A stretch of 64,000 nt of DNA, taken from positions 37,747 to 101,746 of the forward strand of contig CAZNPL010000003.1 of assembly GCA_964574815.1 (NCBI GenBank), in the 5' to 3' direction. This document shows, one piece after another, positions 30,046 through 39,146 of this stretch (position 1 is its first letter; the number at the start of each line of letters is the position of its first letter). Made by a program: the position numbers and the translations under genes. The notes below the pieces were generated by a model. It was not told the DNA's origin and searched no databases. It saw only the letters and a list, made by a program, of their open reading frames with translations. The stretch is from an uncultured Phycisphaeraceae bacterium. GTDB lineage: Bacteria > Planctomycetota > Phycisphaerae > UBA1845.

Positions 30046-30178
30046 CCATAACCCGCCGGGACGGAGACCGTCGCGCCCCTGATAACCCGCGTCGAGGTGT
30101 CGAACAGAATCGCTTCGGGTTATGTCGCGCGCGCCATAACCCCGACATTTCATTGAACAATCGCTCCGCGGGTTATGT
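30046..30178. promoter_or_regulatory. Cluster of five (A/C)CATAACCC(G/C) / CGGGTTATGT motifs including a 29-bp inverted repeat
   Basis: Forward copies lie at 30046-30055 (CCATAACCCG), 30080-30089 (TGATAACCCG) and 30134-30144 (CCATAACCCCG). Reverse copies CGGGTTATGT lie at 30116-30125 and 30169-30178. Positions 30116-30144 read CGGGTTATG-tcgcgcgcgc-CATAACCCCG. Related sites are GGGGTTATCG (~29833) and the perfect palindrome GCGTTATAACGC (29876-29887). Confidence 0.55.
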
Positions 30179-30287
30179 AGCGCGCAGACGCGAGGCCCCA
30201 GCATCGAAAGCCTTGAGGCGGCGGATCCCGGCGATCCGGAACGCGCCGTCTGGCGATGGGCTCGCACGATAAAGATGCCTCTGTCGC

Positions 30288-31643
30288 GTGCCGTGGAAAC
30301 GCCATTGCCCGGTTGCCGATGCCTTTGAAATGGTCGGCGTTGCGGTAAGAATGGAGCGGATGTCCACGCTCCCCGCCAAAGGTTTTCGAACCGTCGGGAT
30401 CGACACTGGAATCCCGTGGCCCGCCAAACCGCAGGTCGTCCGCTTCTGCGGACATGAGCTTCACCTCCTCCCGGGTTCGAACGAACTCGCACGCATGATT
30501 CGCGTGGAAACCGACACGGGCTTCACGCAAGCTGACGCGGACAAGCTGATCCTTGAATTCCTCAGCGCGCTGGCGTGGGCTGAGCAAAGCGGAGCGGTTA
30601 CAACTTTCGGAAACTGGTGTACGGCCCCTCTCAACATCGGTAAGGGGCCGATGGGCATAATCGGCGATGGGCACTTCGACTATCTACCCGATCCGCTTAA
30701 TCCGAGGGCGAAGCTGGCGCTGGCGTTGTACCGCGAGGGGCTGTCGGTCAACCTCAGCCCGTATCAGTTCCTCGGCTTCTTCAAGGTCATCAACGTCATC
30801 CGTAACACAGGCGCTGACCAGAAACAGTGGATCAGCGACAATCTTCACCACGTGACCGACAAGGGAGCGCTCGCACGCATTGCAGCAATTCAAGCGAGCG
30901 TACCCGATGTGGCGGAGTATCTCTATGTGTCGGGGCGGTGCGCGGTCGCGCACGCTTTCGATCAGAGCAACGTCGTCAACCCGGATCATCCTGCCGACCT
31001 GATCCGGTTGTCCGAAGACCTACCGGTGATCCGCGAACTCGCCCGCATCGCCATCGAACGGGAGTTGGAAGTGAAGTCCGAGCGTGACTTTCACCGTGAG
31101 CACGTCTACGAATTGGAGGGCTTCCGAGCCCGCTTGGGCGATGCTTTCTTGGTCCGAATCAAGGGATGGGAACAGGTTCCATCGGAAAACGTGCCGATTC
31201 CGAAGATGTTGTCCCTTCGTTTGAGGGATCGGGATCGCATCGAACTGTTCGAATCGATGGATGCCAGCGTCGTCTACATCCGCGATGGGTGCGTTCGGAT
31301 TCGTCTCGGCTCAACCTGCCATAGGTTAGTGATGTTTGTCACGCTCGACTTTGCCCGGGAGAGCCTGATCTCGGACCCGCTCACCGACATTCACTTTCAG
31401 GACGATGGCACGTCCGACGCAGCGACAATGATGCTTCAATGGGCACAGATTCATCGCTGGTGGTTCGGGAGCAACGGGACGATCGAACTGTGGGATGCTG
31501 TAACGAGCACTCTGCTGGCGAGGGCGCAGCCCTACATGCCGCCGGTCAACTCTCGCTTTCCGCACCATGAGTTCGACAAGATGGAGTCCGAACTCCGGGC
31601 TCGGGCAGGCATTCCCGATCCGCCGAAAAATACTCACCGCTAA
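30288..31643 (+). CDS. Hypothetical protein with candidate HEPN-like Rx4H motif (MauJ-like impression)
   Basis: The ORF is 451 aa and the start is uncertain (GTG 30288, ATG 30330/30351/30360). The segment ALALYREGLSVNLSPYQFLGFFKVINVI is followed by YVSGRCAVAHAF (R-x4-H at nt 30936-30953) and DLPVIRELARIAIERE. No other family motif was recognised. Confidence 0.5.
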   Translation: MPWKRHCPVADAFEMVGVAVRMERMSTLPAKGFRTVGIDTGIPWPAKPQVVRFCGHELHLLPGSNELARMIRVETDTGFTQADADKLILEFLSALAWAEQSGAVTTFGNWCTAPLNIGKGPMGIIGDGHFDYLPDPLNPRAKLALALYREGLSVNLSPYQFLGFFKVINVIRNTGADQKQWISDNLHHVTDKGALARIAAIQASVPDVAEYLYVSGRCAVAHAFDQSNVVNPDHPADLIRLSEDLPVIRELARIAIERELEVKSERDFHREHVYELEGFRARLGDAFLVRIKGWEQVPSENVPIPKMLSLRLRDRDRIELFESMDASVVYIRDGCVRIRLGSTCHRLVMFVTLDFARESLISDPLTDIHFQDDGTSDAATMMLQWAQIHRWWFGSNGTIELWDAVTSTLLARAQPYMPPVNSRFPHHEFDKMESELRARAGIPDPPKNTHR

Positions 31644-31748
31644 GTGGTGCGTTGGCGGACAGCCTCCGCACGAACGGCGTACATAACGGGCAACAGGTCG
31701 TGACCGGCGCGTTATGCGTAGCGCGTCGTTCTGACCGGGAGCTTGCCC

Positions 31749-31988
31749 ATGCTGTCGCACGATTCGGGACCCACGCTGTCGCCCATTGAACGCCGCCACC
31801 AGGTAGCATCGCTCTTGGCTAAAGGCGTCCTCCGGCTACGCCGCATTTATCAAACACGCGCCTTCACACATGCTCCAGAATCTTCGCCGGAAGCGCGGAA
31901 TTGCCTTGAGTTCCCCGGCGAAACGAGGCTCAGTGTGGTCAACGGTACCCGCGGGTTCACGCCGCGGAACGATGGAGACGACGCATGA
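31749..31988 (+). CDS. Small hypothetical protein, first gene of the recombinase cassette
   Basis: An ATG at 31749 starts the ORF, and its stop overlaps the next start as ATGA (31985-31988). The sequence PIERRHQVASLLAKGVLRLRR...CLEFPGETRLSVVNG resembles small proteins I have seen next to integrases in similar phyla. Confidence 0.4.
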   Translation: MLSHDSGPTLSPIERRHQVASLLAKGVLRLRRIYQTRAFTHAPESSPEARNCLEFPGETRLSVVNGTRGFTPRNDGDDA

Positions 31989-32476
31989 AACTGAACCTCA
32001 CCAAGGAACTTGCGGCGCTCGAGAGAATGAGCGTCGGCCAGCTCCAGCAGCGGTACGCCGAGGTCTTCGGGGAGCTGGTCCGCAGCCGACACAAGCAGTA
32101 TCTGATCCGTCGAATCGCATGGCGACTTCAGGCCGACGCCGAGGGCGGGCTATCCGAACGGGCCCTTCGCCGAGCCGAGGAACTCGCCAACGTGGCCGAC
32201 GTTCGCGCAACACCGCCAAAGGTCAGGAACTCCACCCACTCAACGGGAACGGTGTCGCCCGCGTCGGCACCAACCCGATCGTCCGACCTGCGGCTCCCGC
32301 CCGTGGGCGCAGCGATTACCCGGGATTACCGGGGCCGCCGCATTGCGGTGACGATCCTGGCCGACGGGTTCGAGTACGAGGGTGAGCGGTATCGATCGCT
32401 TACCGCCGTCGCCAAGGCGATCACCGGCTCGCACATCAACGGGTTTCGGTTCTTCGCGTTGGAGGGCAAGGCGTGA
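31985..32476 (+). CDS. DUF2924-like protein (serine-recombinase accessory)
   Basis: LERMSVGQLQQRYAEVFGE..RSRHKQYLIRRIAWRLQADAEGGLSERALRRAEELA plus the C-terminal YEGERYRSLTAVAKAITGSHINGFRFF is the typical DUF2924 pattern. It has 4-nt overlaps with both neighbours. Confidence 0.7.
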   Translation: MKLNLTKELAALERMSVGQLQQRYAEVFGELVRSRHKQYLIRRIAWRLQADAEGGLSERALRRAEELANVADVRATPPKVRNSTHSTGTVSPASAPTRSSDLRLPPVGAAITRDYRGRRIAVTILADGFEYEGERYRSLTAVAKAITGSHINGFRFFALEGKA

Positions 32477-34119
32477 AGAGCGCGATCGCAACACGCGAAC
32501 CTCCGCGCCGCCGCAAGAGCGAACCGGCCAAGGCGAACACGGTTGCGACCATCCGCTGTGCCATCTACACAAGGAAAAGCAGCGACGAGGGCCTGCAACA
32601 GGAGTTCAACTCGTTGGATGCACAGCGTGAGGCGGCCGAGGCGTACATCGCCAGCCAGAAGGCCGAGGGTTGGGTCTGCCTGCCGCAGCGCTACGACGAC
32701 GGCGGTTTCACGGGCGGCAATACGGATCGCCCTGCGTTGAAGCGTCTGCTTGCCGATATCGAAGCCGGGAGGGTCGACACGGTGGTTGTCTACAAGATTG
32801 ACCGATTCAGTCGGTCGCTCGCCGACTTCATGCGCATGATGACCGTGTTCGAAGAACACGGAGTCGCGTTCGTCAGCGTCACGCAAGCGTTTGATACCAG
32901 CAGTTCGATGGGTCGGCTGACGCTCAACATCTTGCTTTCGTTCGCGCAGTTCGAACGCGAGATCATCGGCGAGCGTATCCGCGATAAGATCGGGGCATCG
33001 CGCCAGCGGGGGAAGTGGACGGGCGGAACGCCGATCCTTGGGTACGATGTCGACCGGAGCAACGGCGGGCCGCGGCTTGCGATCAACCCCGAGGAGGCCT
33101 CGCGCGTTTGCCAGATCTTCGAGTTGTACCTGGAGCTTGGCTCGCTCCTGCCCGTCGTGATTGAGTTGGAACGGCGGAACTGGCGCAACAAGGCGTGGAC
33201 GACCCGCGACGGTAGGACGCGTGGCGGCCTACCGTTCGACAAATGCCGGCTCTACAACCTGCTGACCAACGTCCTGTACGCCGGGAAGGTGCGACACAAA
33301 AGCGAAGTCTACCCTGGCGAGCATGACCCCATCGTGAGCGACGACGTCTTCGCCCGCGTACAGCAGCAACTTCAGCGCAACGGTCGAAACGGCACGGTCG
33401 AGCACCGCAACCGCCACGGTGCCTTGCTACGGGGTCTGCTCTACTGCAAGGCCTGTGGCCGTGTCATGACGCACACGTTCACGACGCGCGGCAACCGGCG
33501 CTACCGTTACTACACCTGCACGAACGCAGTCAAGCGTGGGCGGCGAGCCTGCCCCAGCGACTCGTTGCCTGCGGTCGAAATCGAGAACACGGTGGTCGAG
33601 CAGATTCGCTGCATCGGCTCCGACCCGGCGCTTCTGGGCGACACCGTCGCAGAGGCTCGCAAGGACGTTGAGGCGGCGCTCGAGCGGCTCGCTGGCGAGC
33701 GACGGGTAGTCGAACGCGGCTTAGCACGCGTTCAAGCCGACGTCAGGCGGATCGTTGCTACCGGTCCCGTTGGCGGTCCGTCGGCGGGCCGCTTGGCCGA
33801 TCTGAACGATCAAGTCGTCGCCGCCGAACGTCGCCTCGCTGAAATCGACTGCCGAGTGGCGGAGCTCCAGGCGGAACGGGTGGACACGACCGATGTGGCG
33901 GCGGCGCTGGCCGACTTCGACAATGTGTGGCGCGCCCTGAGCCCTCGTGAGCAGACCCGCATCGTCCAACTGCTCGTGCAGCGGGTCGAGTTCGACGCCG
34001 GCGAAGGGACCATCGAAGTTTCGTTCCATCCGTCGGGAATCAAAGCGCTGGCCAACGGCGACCGCGATGCGACTGGGCCCGCGAAGGACCCGGCATCCGA
34101 CAAGGAGGACGCGGCTTGA
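32473..34119 (+). CDS. Large serine recombinase (integrase)
   Basis: The resolvase catalytic domain reads CAIYTRKSSDEGLQQEFNSLDAQREA...DDGGFTGGNTDRPALKRLLADIEAGRVDTVVVYKIDRFSRS. It is followed by a recombinase domain, a zinc ribbon CKACGRVM...YYTCTN and a coiled-coil tail. Confidence 0.92.
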   Translation: MKSAIATREPPRRRKSEPAKANTVATIRCAIYTRKSSDEGLQQEFNSLDAQREAAEAYIASQKAEGWVCLPQRYDDGGFTGGNTDRPALKRLLADIEAGRVDTVVVYKIDRFSRSLADFMRMMTVFEEHGVAFVSVTQAFDTSSSMGRLTLNILLSFAQFEREIIGERIRDKIGASRQRGKWTGGTPILGYDVDRSNGGPRLAINPEEASRVCQIFELYLELGSLLPVVIELERRNWRNKAWTTRDGRTRGGLPFDKCRLYNLLTNVLYAGKVRHKSEVYPGEHDPIVSDDVFARVQQQLQRNGRNGTVEHRNRHGALLRGLLYCKACGRVMTHTFTTRGNRRYRYYTCTNAVKRGRRACPSDSLPAVEIENTVVEQIRCIGSDPALLGDTVAEARKDVEAALERLAGERRVVERGLARVQADVRRIVATGPVGGPSAGRLADLNDQVVAAERRLAEIDCRVAELQAERVDTTDVAAALADFDNVWRALSPREQTRIVQLLVQRVEFDAGEGTIEVSFHPSGIKALANGDRDATGPAKDPASDKEDAA

Positions 34120-34526
34120 TCAAGCTGACCCGTAAAGTGCAATTCGCGCGACGGCCCAATCGATCCCGGGCGATGGTTGTGACGAACGGCGCGCCGGCAA
34201 CACCGGTAGCCCCGGGGCGCATACCGCGAGTATCCCGCCTTATGGCATTGGCCGTCCATTTCGACCGTCTGATCCGCGAGGGCAAAGTTGCCGACCAGTC
34301 CGAACTCGCCCGCTTGGCACACGTCACCCAGCCCCGGATGACGCAAATAATGAACCTCAACCACTTGGCCCCCGATATCCAGGAAGCCCTGCTTTTCCTG
34401 CCGCCGGTCGCACGAGGCCGCGACCCAATCCACGAACGGATGCTGAGGCCAATCGCGGCAGAGCCAGACTGGCGTCATCAGCGCGCGAAGTGGATACGGC
34501 TGAAACGCGCGGCAACGAGCTGTTAG
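34116..34526 (+). CDS. HTH DNA-binding protein, last gene of recombinase cassette
   Basis: A TTG start has AAGGAGGA 8 nt upstream and overlaps the recombinase stop. RVSRLMALAVHFDRLIREGKVADQSELARLAHVTQPRMTQIMNLNHLAPDIQEALLFLP is an HTH segment. Confidence 0.55.
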   Translation: MIKLTRKVQFARRPNRSRAMVVTNGAPATPVAPGRIPRVSRLMALAVHFDRLIREGKVADQSELARLAHVTQPRMTQIMNLNHLAPDIQEALLFLPPVARGRDPIHERMLRPIAAEPDWRHQRAKWIRLKRAATSC

Positions 34527-34533
34527 ACTCGGG

Positions 34534-35685
34534 TCAGGAATCGAAGAGCATCAGATCCTTTGGCTGCACCCCGCGCACGAAGCGAACACGCAAGTTCCTG
34601 TCATTGAAAGCTCGCCCTTGTCGCCCCGTCGGAGAGTCGACGCGCTCCAAGCAGCCGGTCCGTTCAAGGTTTCCGAGTGCGCGCTTGTAATTGCATGCGG
34701 GCGTGTTGACGAGGGCGTACACTTGAACCTCGCCCACCGTGGGCGTTTGCCCGTCAAATGCGTCCAGCAGGTCGCGCCCGAGCTCACCATCACCGTACGC
34801 AAAGAGCTTGCCGAGGGAATTAGCGTGCTTGTCTGAAAACTCGAATCCGCCGGAGCGATCGACGCTCCACATCGCCCCCTTCATCTCTTCTAGACCGCGA
34901 ATGTTGTTGCTGCAGAAAAACAACCAGTAGATCACGCGGTCGTTATGGTCACGCATCGCGAAGGGGTAGGAGTATGTGGCGCCAGCACGGCCTCGAAGCG
35001 CCTCCAAGTAGATGTCGCGGAACCGATCCTCTTTCGTCTTCCCGTTCAGCCCGAGAACTTCCGTCCACTCATCGCCGCCAAATGCCTTGCAGATGCCCGC
35101 GTGCTTTGTCGCGTCGGCCATGAACGGATTCAGCATGTTCCAATTCAAGTATGAGAAGACTTCGCAAACTTCATTCTTGAGGATTCGGCCAATCAGGTTC
35201 ATTGAAAAGGACGAATAGCCGAACTGATCCAGGAAGAAGAGCGCTGGTCCAAGTCGCTTCCGACACTGCTCGTGTTCATCGATGAGCTGATTGATCACCG
35301 TTTCGCAATCGCCGTGAATTGGATCATCTACAATGATCCTGCCGCTGCGAGCAAGCTCTGACTGCATCTGGCCGACGAGTTTGCGAAGATTCTGGACACG
35401 GTCTTCTCGAATCTCGATGAGCTTGATCTGGGTTGGTACCGTAAACGCGCTGGCGGACTTGAGTGCTGTCTGAATTGCGACGATCGGGCTGCCGGGGAGA
35501 CTGTCTGTGTACTCGCCAGCACCCGCGAAGCCGTCCACATACAGCAGACGCGCACCCACGCGGCCCATATTCTGCGACTGTCGAGCGAGGATCGGCAGCC
35601 ATCTCTTCAGATACGCCTGCAGAATCTGGTGCTTGGCGCGGGTGTGCGGGTCGGCGTTATAGATGGTTGCCTTCGGATCAGCCAT
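34534..35685 (-). CDS. TcmP-like protein (three-Cys-motif partner protein family)
   Basis: The N-terminus HTRAKHQILQAYLKRWLPILA...LLYVDGFAGAGEY matches my recollection of the TcmP family. It lies 6 nt downstream of the DUF5131 gene on the same strand. The DNA is visibly AT-richer than the surroundings. Confidence 0.6.
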   Translation of the reverse strand: MADPKATIYNADPHTRAKHQILQAYLKRWLPILARQSQNMGRVGARLLYVDGFAGAGEYTDSLPGSPIVAIQTALKSASAFTVPTQIKLIEIREDRVQNLRKLVGQMQSELARSGRIIVDDPIHGDCETVINQLIDEHEQCRKRLGPALFFLDQFGYSSFSMNLIGRILKNEVCEVFSYLNWNMLNPFMADATKHAGICKAFGGDEWTEVLGLNGKTKEDRFRDIYLEALRGRAGATYSYPFAMRDHNDRVIYWLFFCSNNIRGLEEMKGAMWSVDRSGGFEFSDKHANSLGKLFAYGDGELGRDLLDAFDGQTPTVGEVQVYALVNTPACNYKRALGNLERTGCLERVDSPTGRQGRAFNDRNLRVRFVRGVQPKDLMLFDS

Positions 35686-35691
35686 AGAGAG

Positions 35692-36474
35692 TCACCCGGA
35701 AACAGCGGCGAACGGCATTTCGTCCCATGTACGACCATCCAGGACGCGTCCGTTTTTCTTTTTCGCGACTCCACCCCATTGTTTGAAGAAAAACGGAACG
35801 CCACGGTCGACGCAGCGATCTCGAATCTGGCGTGCCCACTCCGCTTCCATCGGCCTGGCGCCCGGTCCCGACTCGCCGCCGACGATCACCCAATCGATAC
35901 CGGTCAGCGGAAGGCGCGGGATGGGACCGATCAGGGGCTCGACCGACAGGAACTTGACCATTGCTTGAGTTCTCCGCAGGTCGTGTATCCGCTGAGTGAC
36001 GAACTTGTCCTCGACGCTCGTGCCCATCCAGATGTTGGGGCCCCATGCCAGCCGTCGAGACAGCTCTGCGGTTCGCTCCGGTCGTTTCGTCAGCAGTTGA
36101 AACGTGTGCTGCTCGCAACGGTTCATGACGTCGAACACGGCGTTGACGAACTCCTCGGGCACATCCTCGTGGAACAGGTCGCTCATCGAGTTGACGAAGA
36201 TCACCCGCGGCGCCGTCCACGACAGCGGTGCCTCGACGGATGAGTAGTCCAGATAGACGTCGCCGTTCCAGCGCCCGCGACGATTGATGACGTGGAGGTA
36301 CGCCGCCTTCTTGCCGGGGTTACGGCCTTCGGCGAAGTCGGCATCCGCCATCGCGGCGAGCCGCTTCGCCATACGCTCCGCATAGCAGTTGGCGCAACCG
36401 GCGCTCACCTTTCGGCAGCCGACGACGGGGTTCCAGGTCGATTCCGTCCATTCAATCGTGGAGGTCTGGGCCAT
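35692..36474 (-). CDS. Phage Gp37/Gp68-family (DUF5131) three-Cys-motif protein
   Basis: [39 protein letters not shown] is the characteristic N-terminus with C-x6-C-x2-C. Later segments [26 protein letters not shown] and PFFFKQWGG also fit. Confidence 0.75.
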   Translation of the reverse strand: MAQTSTIEWTESTWNPVVGCRKVSAGCANCYAERMAKRLAAMADADFAEGRNPGKKAAYLHVINRRGRWNGDVYLDYSSVEAPLSWTAPRVIFVNSMSDLFHEDVPEEFVNAVFDVMNRCEQHTFQLLTKRPERTAELSRRLAWGPNIWMGTSVEDKFVTQRIHDLRRTQAMVKFLSVEPLIGPIPRLPLTGIDWVIVGGESGPGARPMEAEWARQIRDRCVDRGVPFFFKQWGGVAKKKNGRVLDGRTWDEMPFAAVSG

Positions 36475-36683
36475 AATTCGCGCCTTTCGATCGTCGTCGC
36501 GGCACGGAATCGTACCGAATATTTACCGAACACGCCATCGACTTTCAGCCGATGCGCGGCCCACGCCCCGTTCGCGTGCGACGCTCGATCCTCTCCTACG
36601 CCGGGTTCATCGACGATCACGTGCCCTTGGCACCAGCCGCCAGCCGGCGGTGGCTGCCGGAGGCAGATTCCCCGCCCCGAGTC

Positions 36684-36711
36684 TTGCATCGCCCGACCGG
36701 CCGGTTATGAT
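36684..36711 (+). promoter_or_regulatory. Sigma70-like promoter for the hsdR operon
   Basis: A -35 TTGCAT (36684-36689), a 16-nt spacer and a -10 TATGAT (36706-36711) lie 45 nt upstream of the hsdR ATG. The -10 overlaps a GGTTATG motif. Confidence 0.45.
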
Positions 36712-36755
36712 GTACACTGTTTTGTTGACGCGCACAAGTGCGCCCGGCGAAATCG

Positions 36756-39119
36756 ATGCCCAACGAAGCTGACACATGCAGGCGATTCGTCGTTCCGCGG
36801 CTCCAGGCAGCCGGGTGGGACAGCGAGCCGTACCGGATCAACGAGCAGGTCACGTTCACCGATGGACGGATCGTCGTCGCTGGCCGACGCGGGCGCCGGC
36901 GCCCCGGAAAGCGGGCCGATTATATCCTCCGATATCGTCCCGACCTCGCCATCGCCGTGGTTGAGGCGAAGCCGACCTACGCCACGCCCGGGGATGGCCT
37001 CCAGCAGGCCAGGGACTACGCCGAAATCCTGGGGCTGAAGTTCGCGTATGCCACGAACGGACAGGGCATCGTCGAGTTCGATTTCACAACCGGCATCGAG
37101 CGCCCGATTGACACCTTCCCGACACCGGTGGAGTTGTGGGCACGCCTCAAGCGGAACGAGTCGCTCGACGATGCCGCAGCCGAGCGCTTGCTAACTCCTG
37201 CATATCACCTCAGCGGCAAATCGCCGCGCTACTATCAGGAAATCGCCATCAACCGCGCCGTGCAAGCTGTTGCTCAGGGCCGGCAGCGGGTCCTGCTCAC
37301 GATGGCCACCGGGACCGGCAAGACCGTCGTCGCATTCCAGATCTGCTGGAAGCTATGGTCTTCGCGCTGGAATCGAACGGGCGAGCATCGACGGCCGCGT
37401 ATTCTGTATCTCGCTGATCGCAACATCTTGATCGATGACCCAAAGGACAAGATCTTCGCACCCTTCGGCGAGGCCCGCTGGAAAATCGCCAACGGCCAGG
37501 CGGTCAGAAGCCGCGAGATGTACTTTGCCATTTACCAGGCCATCGCCAAAGATGCGAATCGCCCGGGGCTGTATCGAGAGTTCCCTCCGGATTTCTTCGA
37601 CCTGATCATCGTAGACGAATGTCACCGTGGAAGCGCTCGCGACGACAGCAATTGGCGCGAGATTCTCGATTACTTCGCGCCAGCCGTGAAGATCGGAATG
37701 ACCGCGACGCCTCGGCGCCAAGACAATGCCGATACATACGACTATTTCGGCGATCCGATCTACACGTACAGCCTCCGCCAAGGAATCGACGACGGCTTCC
37801 TTGCCCCGTACCGCGTGCATCGCGTAGTCACGACCTGGGATGCCGCCGGTTGGCGGCCAACGCAGGGAGAACTCGATCGCTTCGGCCGCGAAGTCCCGGA
37901 TGAAGAGTACCACACAAACGATTTCGAGCGGCGCGTGGCACTCCGAGCGAGAACGGAGGCCGTCGCGCGGCACCTGATCGAATACATGCGGCGTACTGAC
38001 CGCTTCGCCAAGACGATCGTGTTCTGCGTGGATCAGGAACACGCCGACGAGATGCGACGAGCGGTGAATAATCTTAGCGCCGATCTCGTGCGCGACGACG
38101 CCGACTACGTCTGCCGCGTGACTTCCGACGAAGGCGATATCGGGCGCGGTCATCTGAGCAACTTCCAAGACGTCGAGCGTCGCACGCCGGTCATTCTCAC
38201 GACGTCGCAACTGCTGACTACGGGGATAGACGCTCCAACGGTGCAGAACATCGTGCTGGTACGGATGGTCAACTCCATGACGGAGTTCAAGCAGATCATC
38301 GGGCGTGGCACGCGCGTCCGCGACGACTACGGCAAGCTATTCTTCAGCATTCTCGATTACACCGGATCGGCGACGCGGATGTTCGCCGATCCCGATTTCG
38401 ACGGCGAGCCGAGCATCGAGACGGAGCAAACGATCGACGAAACAGGCGAGCCGACTAGCGACGAGACGGTTGTGACGTTCGAGGACGCGCCGGGGGATGA
38501 TGAAGGCCCCACCGACCTACCGCCTGATATCGACGACGGGCCGCGACGAAAGTTCTACGTTGACGGCGGGCACGTCGAAGTCGCCGCGCACCTGGTATTC
38601 GAGCTCGACCCTGACGGCAACCAGCTTCGCGTCGTGCAGTTCACCGACTATACCGCTGACAAGGTCCGCATGCTGTACCGCAACGCCGCCGAGCTTCGAG
38701 GCGAGTGGGCTGACCCGGATAGGCGGCGCGAGATCATCGATCGGCTCGAAGAGCGCGGGATCGACTTCGACCATCTCGCCGAAACCGCGAATCAACCGGA
38801 TGCCGACCCGCTCGACCTCCTCTGCCATCTCGCGTTCAACGCACCGCTGCGCACGAGGCGTGAGCGCGCCCAGCGACTCCGCACCGAAAGACAGGATTTC
38901 TTCGATCAGTATGGACCCGAAGCCAGGGAGATTCTCAATGAACTCTTGGACAAGTACACCGAATACGGCACAGCGCAATTTGTCGTGCCCGACATTCTGG
39001 AGCTGCCGCCGATCAACGAACACGGGAACGTGATCGAGATTGCGGCCAAGTTCGGCAACGCAGCGCGCCTGCGGGAGGCAGTCAACCAACTCCAAACGCT
39101 GCTGTACGAGGCGGCATGA
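36756..39119 (+). CDS. hsdR: Type I restriction enzyme R subunit
   Basis: The N-terminal nuclease region is EADTCRRFVVPRLQAAGW...ADYILRY. SF2 helicase motifs are MATGTGKT and DECHRGS. The C-terminal EcoEI_R_C-like tail is DPLDLLCHLAFN...FVVPDILELPPI. Confidence 0.92.
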   Translation: MPNEADTCRRFVVPRLQAAGWDSEPYRINEQVTFTDGRIVVAGRRGRRRPGKRADYILRYRPDLAIAVVEAKPTYATPGDGLQQARDYAEILGLKFAYATNGQGIVEFDFTTGIERPIDTFPTPVELWARLKRNESLDDAAAERLLTPAYHLSGKSPRYYQEIAINRAVQAVAQGRQRVLLTMATGTGKTVVAFQICWKLWSSRWNRTGEHRRPRILYLADRNILIDDPKDKIFAPFGEARWKIANGQAVRSREMYFAIYQAIAKDANRPGLYREFPPDFFDLIIVDECHRGSARDDSNWREILDYFAPAVKIGMTATPRRQDNADTYDYFGDPIYTYSLRQGIDDGFLAPYRVHRVVTTWDAAGWRPTQGELDRFGREVPDEEYHTNDFERRVALRARTEAVARHLIEYMRRTDRFAKTIVFCVDQEHADEMRRAVNNLSADLVRDDADYVCRVTSDEGDIGRGHLSNFQDVERRTPVILTTSQLLTTGIDAPTVQNIVLVRMVNSMTEFKQIIGRGTRVRDDYGKLFFSILDYTGSATRMFADPDFDGEPSIETEQTIDETGEPTSDETVVTFEDAPGDDEGPTDLPPDIDDGPRRKFYVDGGHVEVAAHLVFELDPDGNQLRVVQFTDYTADKVRMLYRNAAELRGEWADPDRRREIIDRLEERGIDFDHLAETANQPDADPLDLLCHLAFNAPLRTRRERAQRLRTERQDFFDQYGPEAREILNELLDKYTEYGTAQFVVPDILELPPINEHGNVIEIAAKFGNAARLREAVNQLQTLLYEAA

Positions 39120-39146
39120 CCCCGAAATAGTGATGATCGGTCGACG

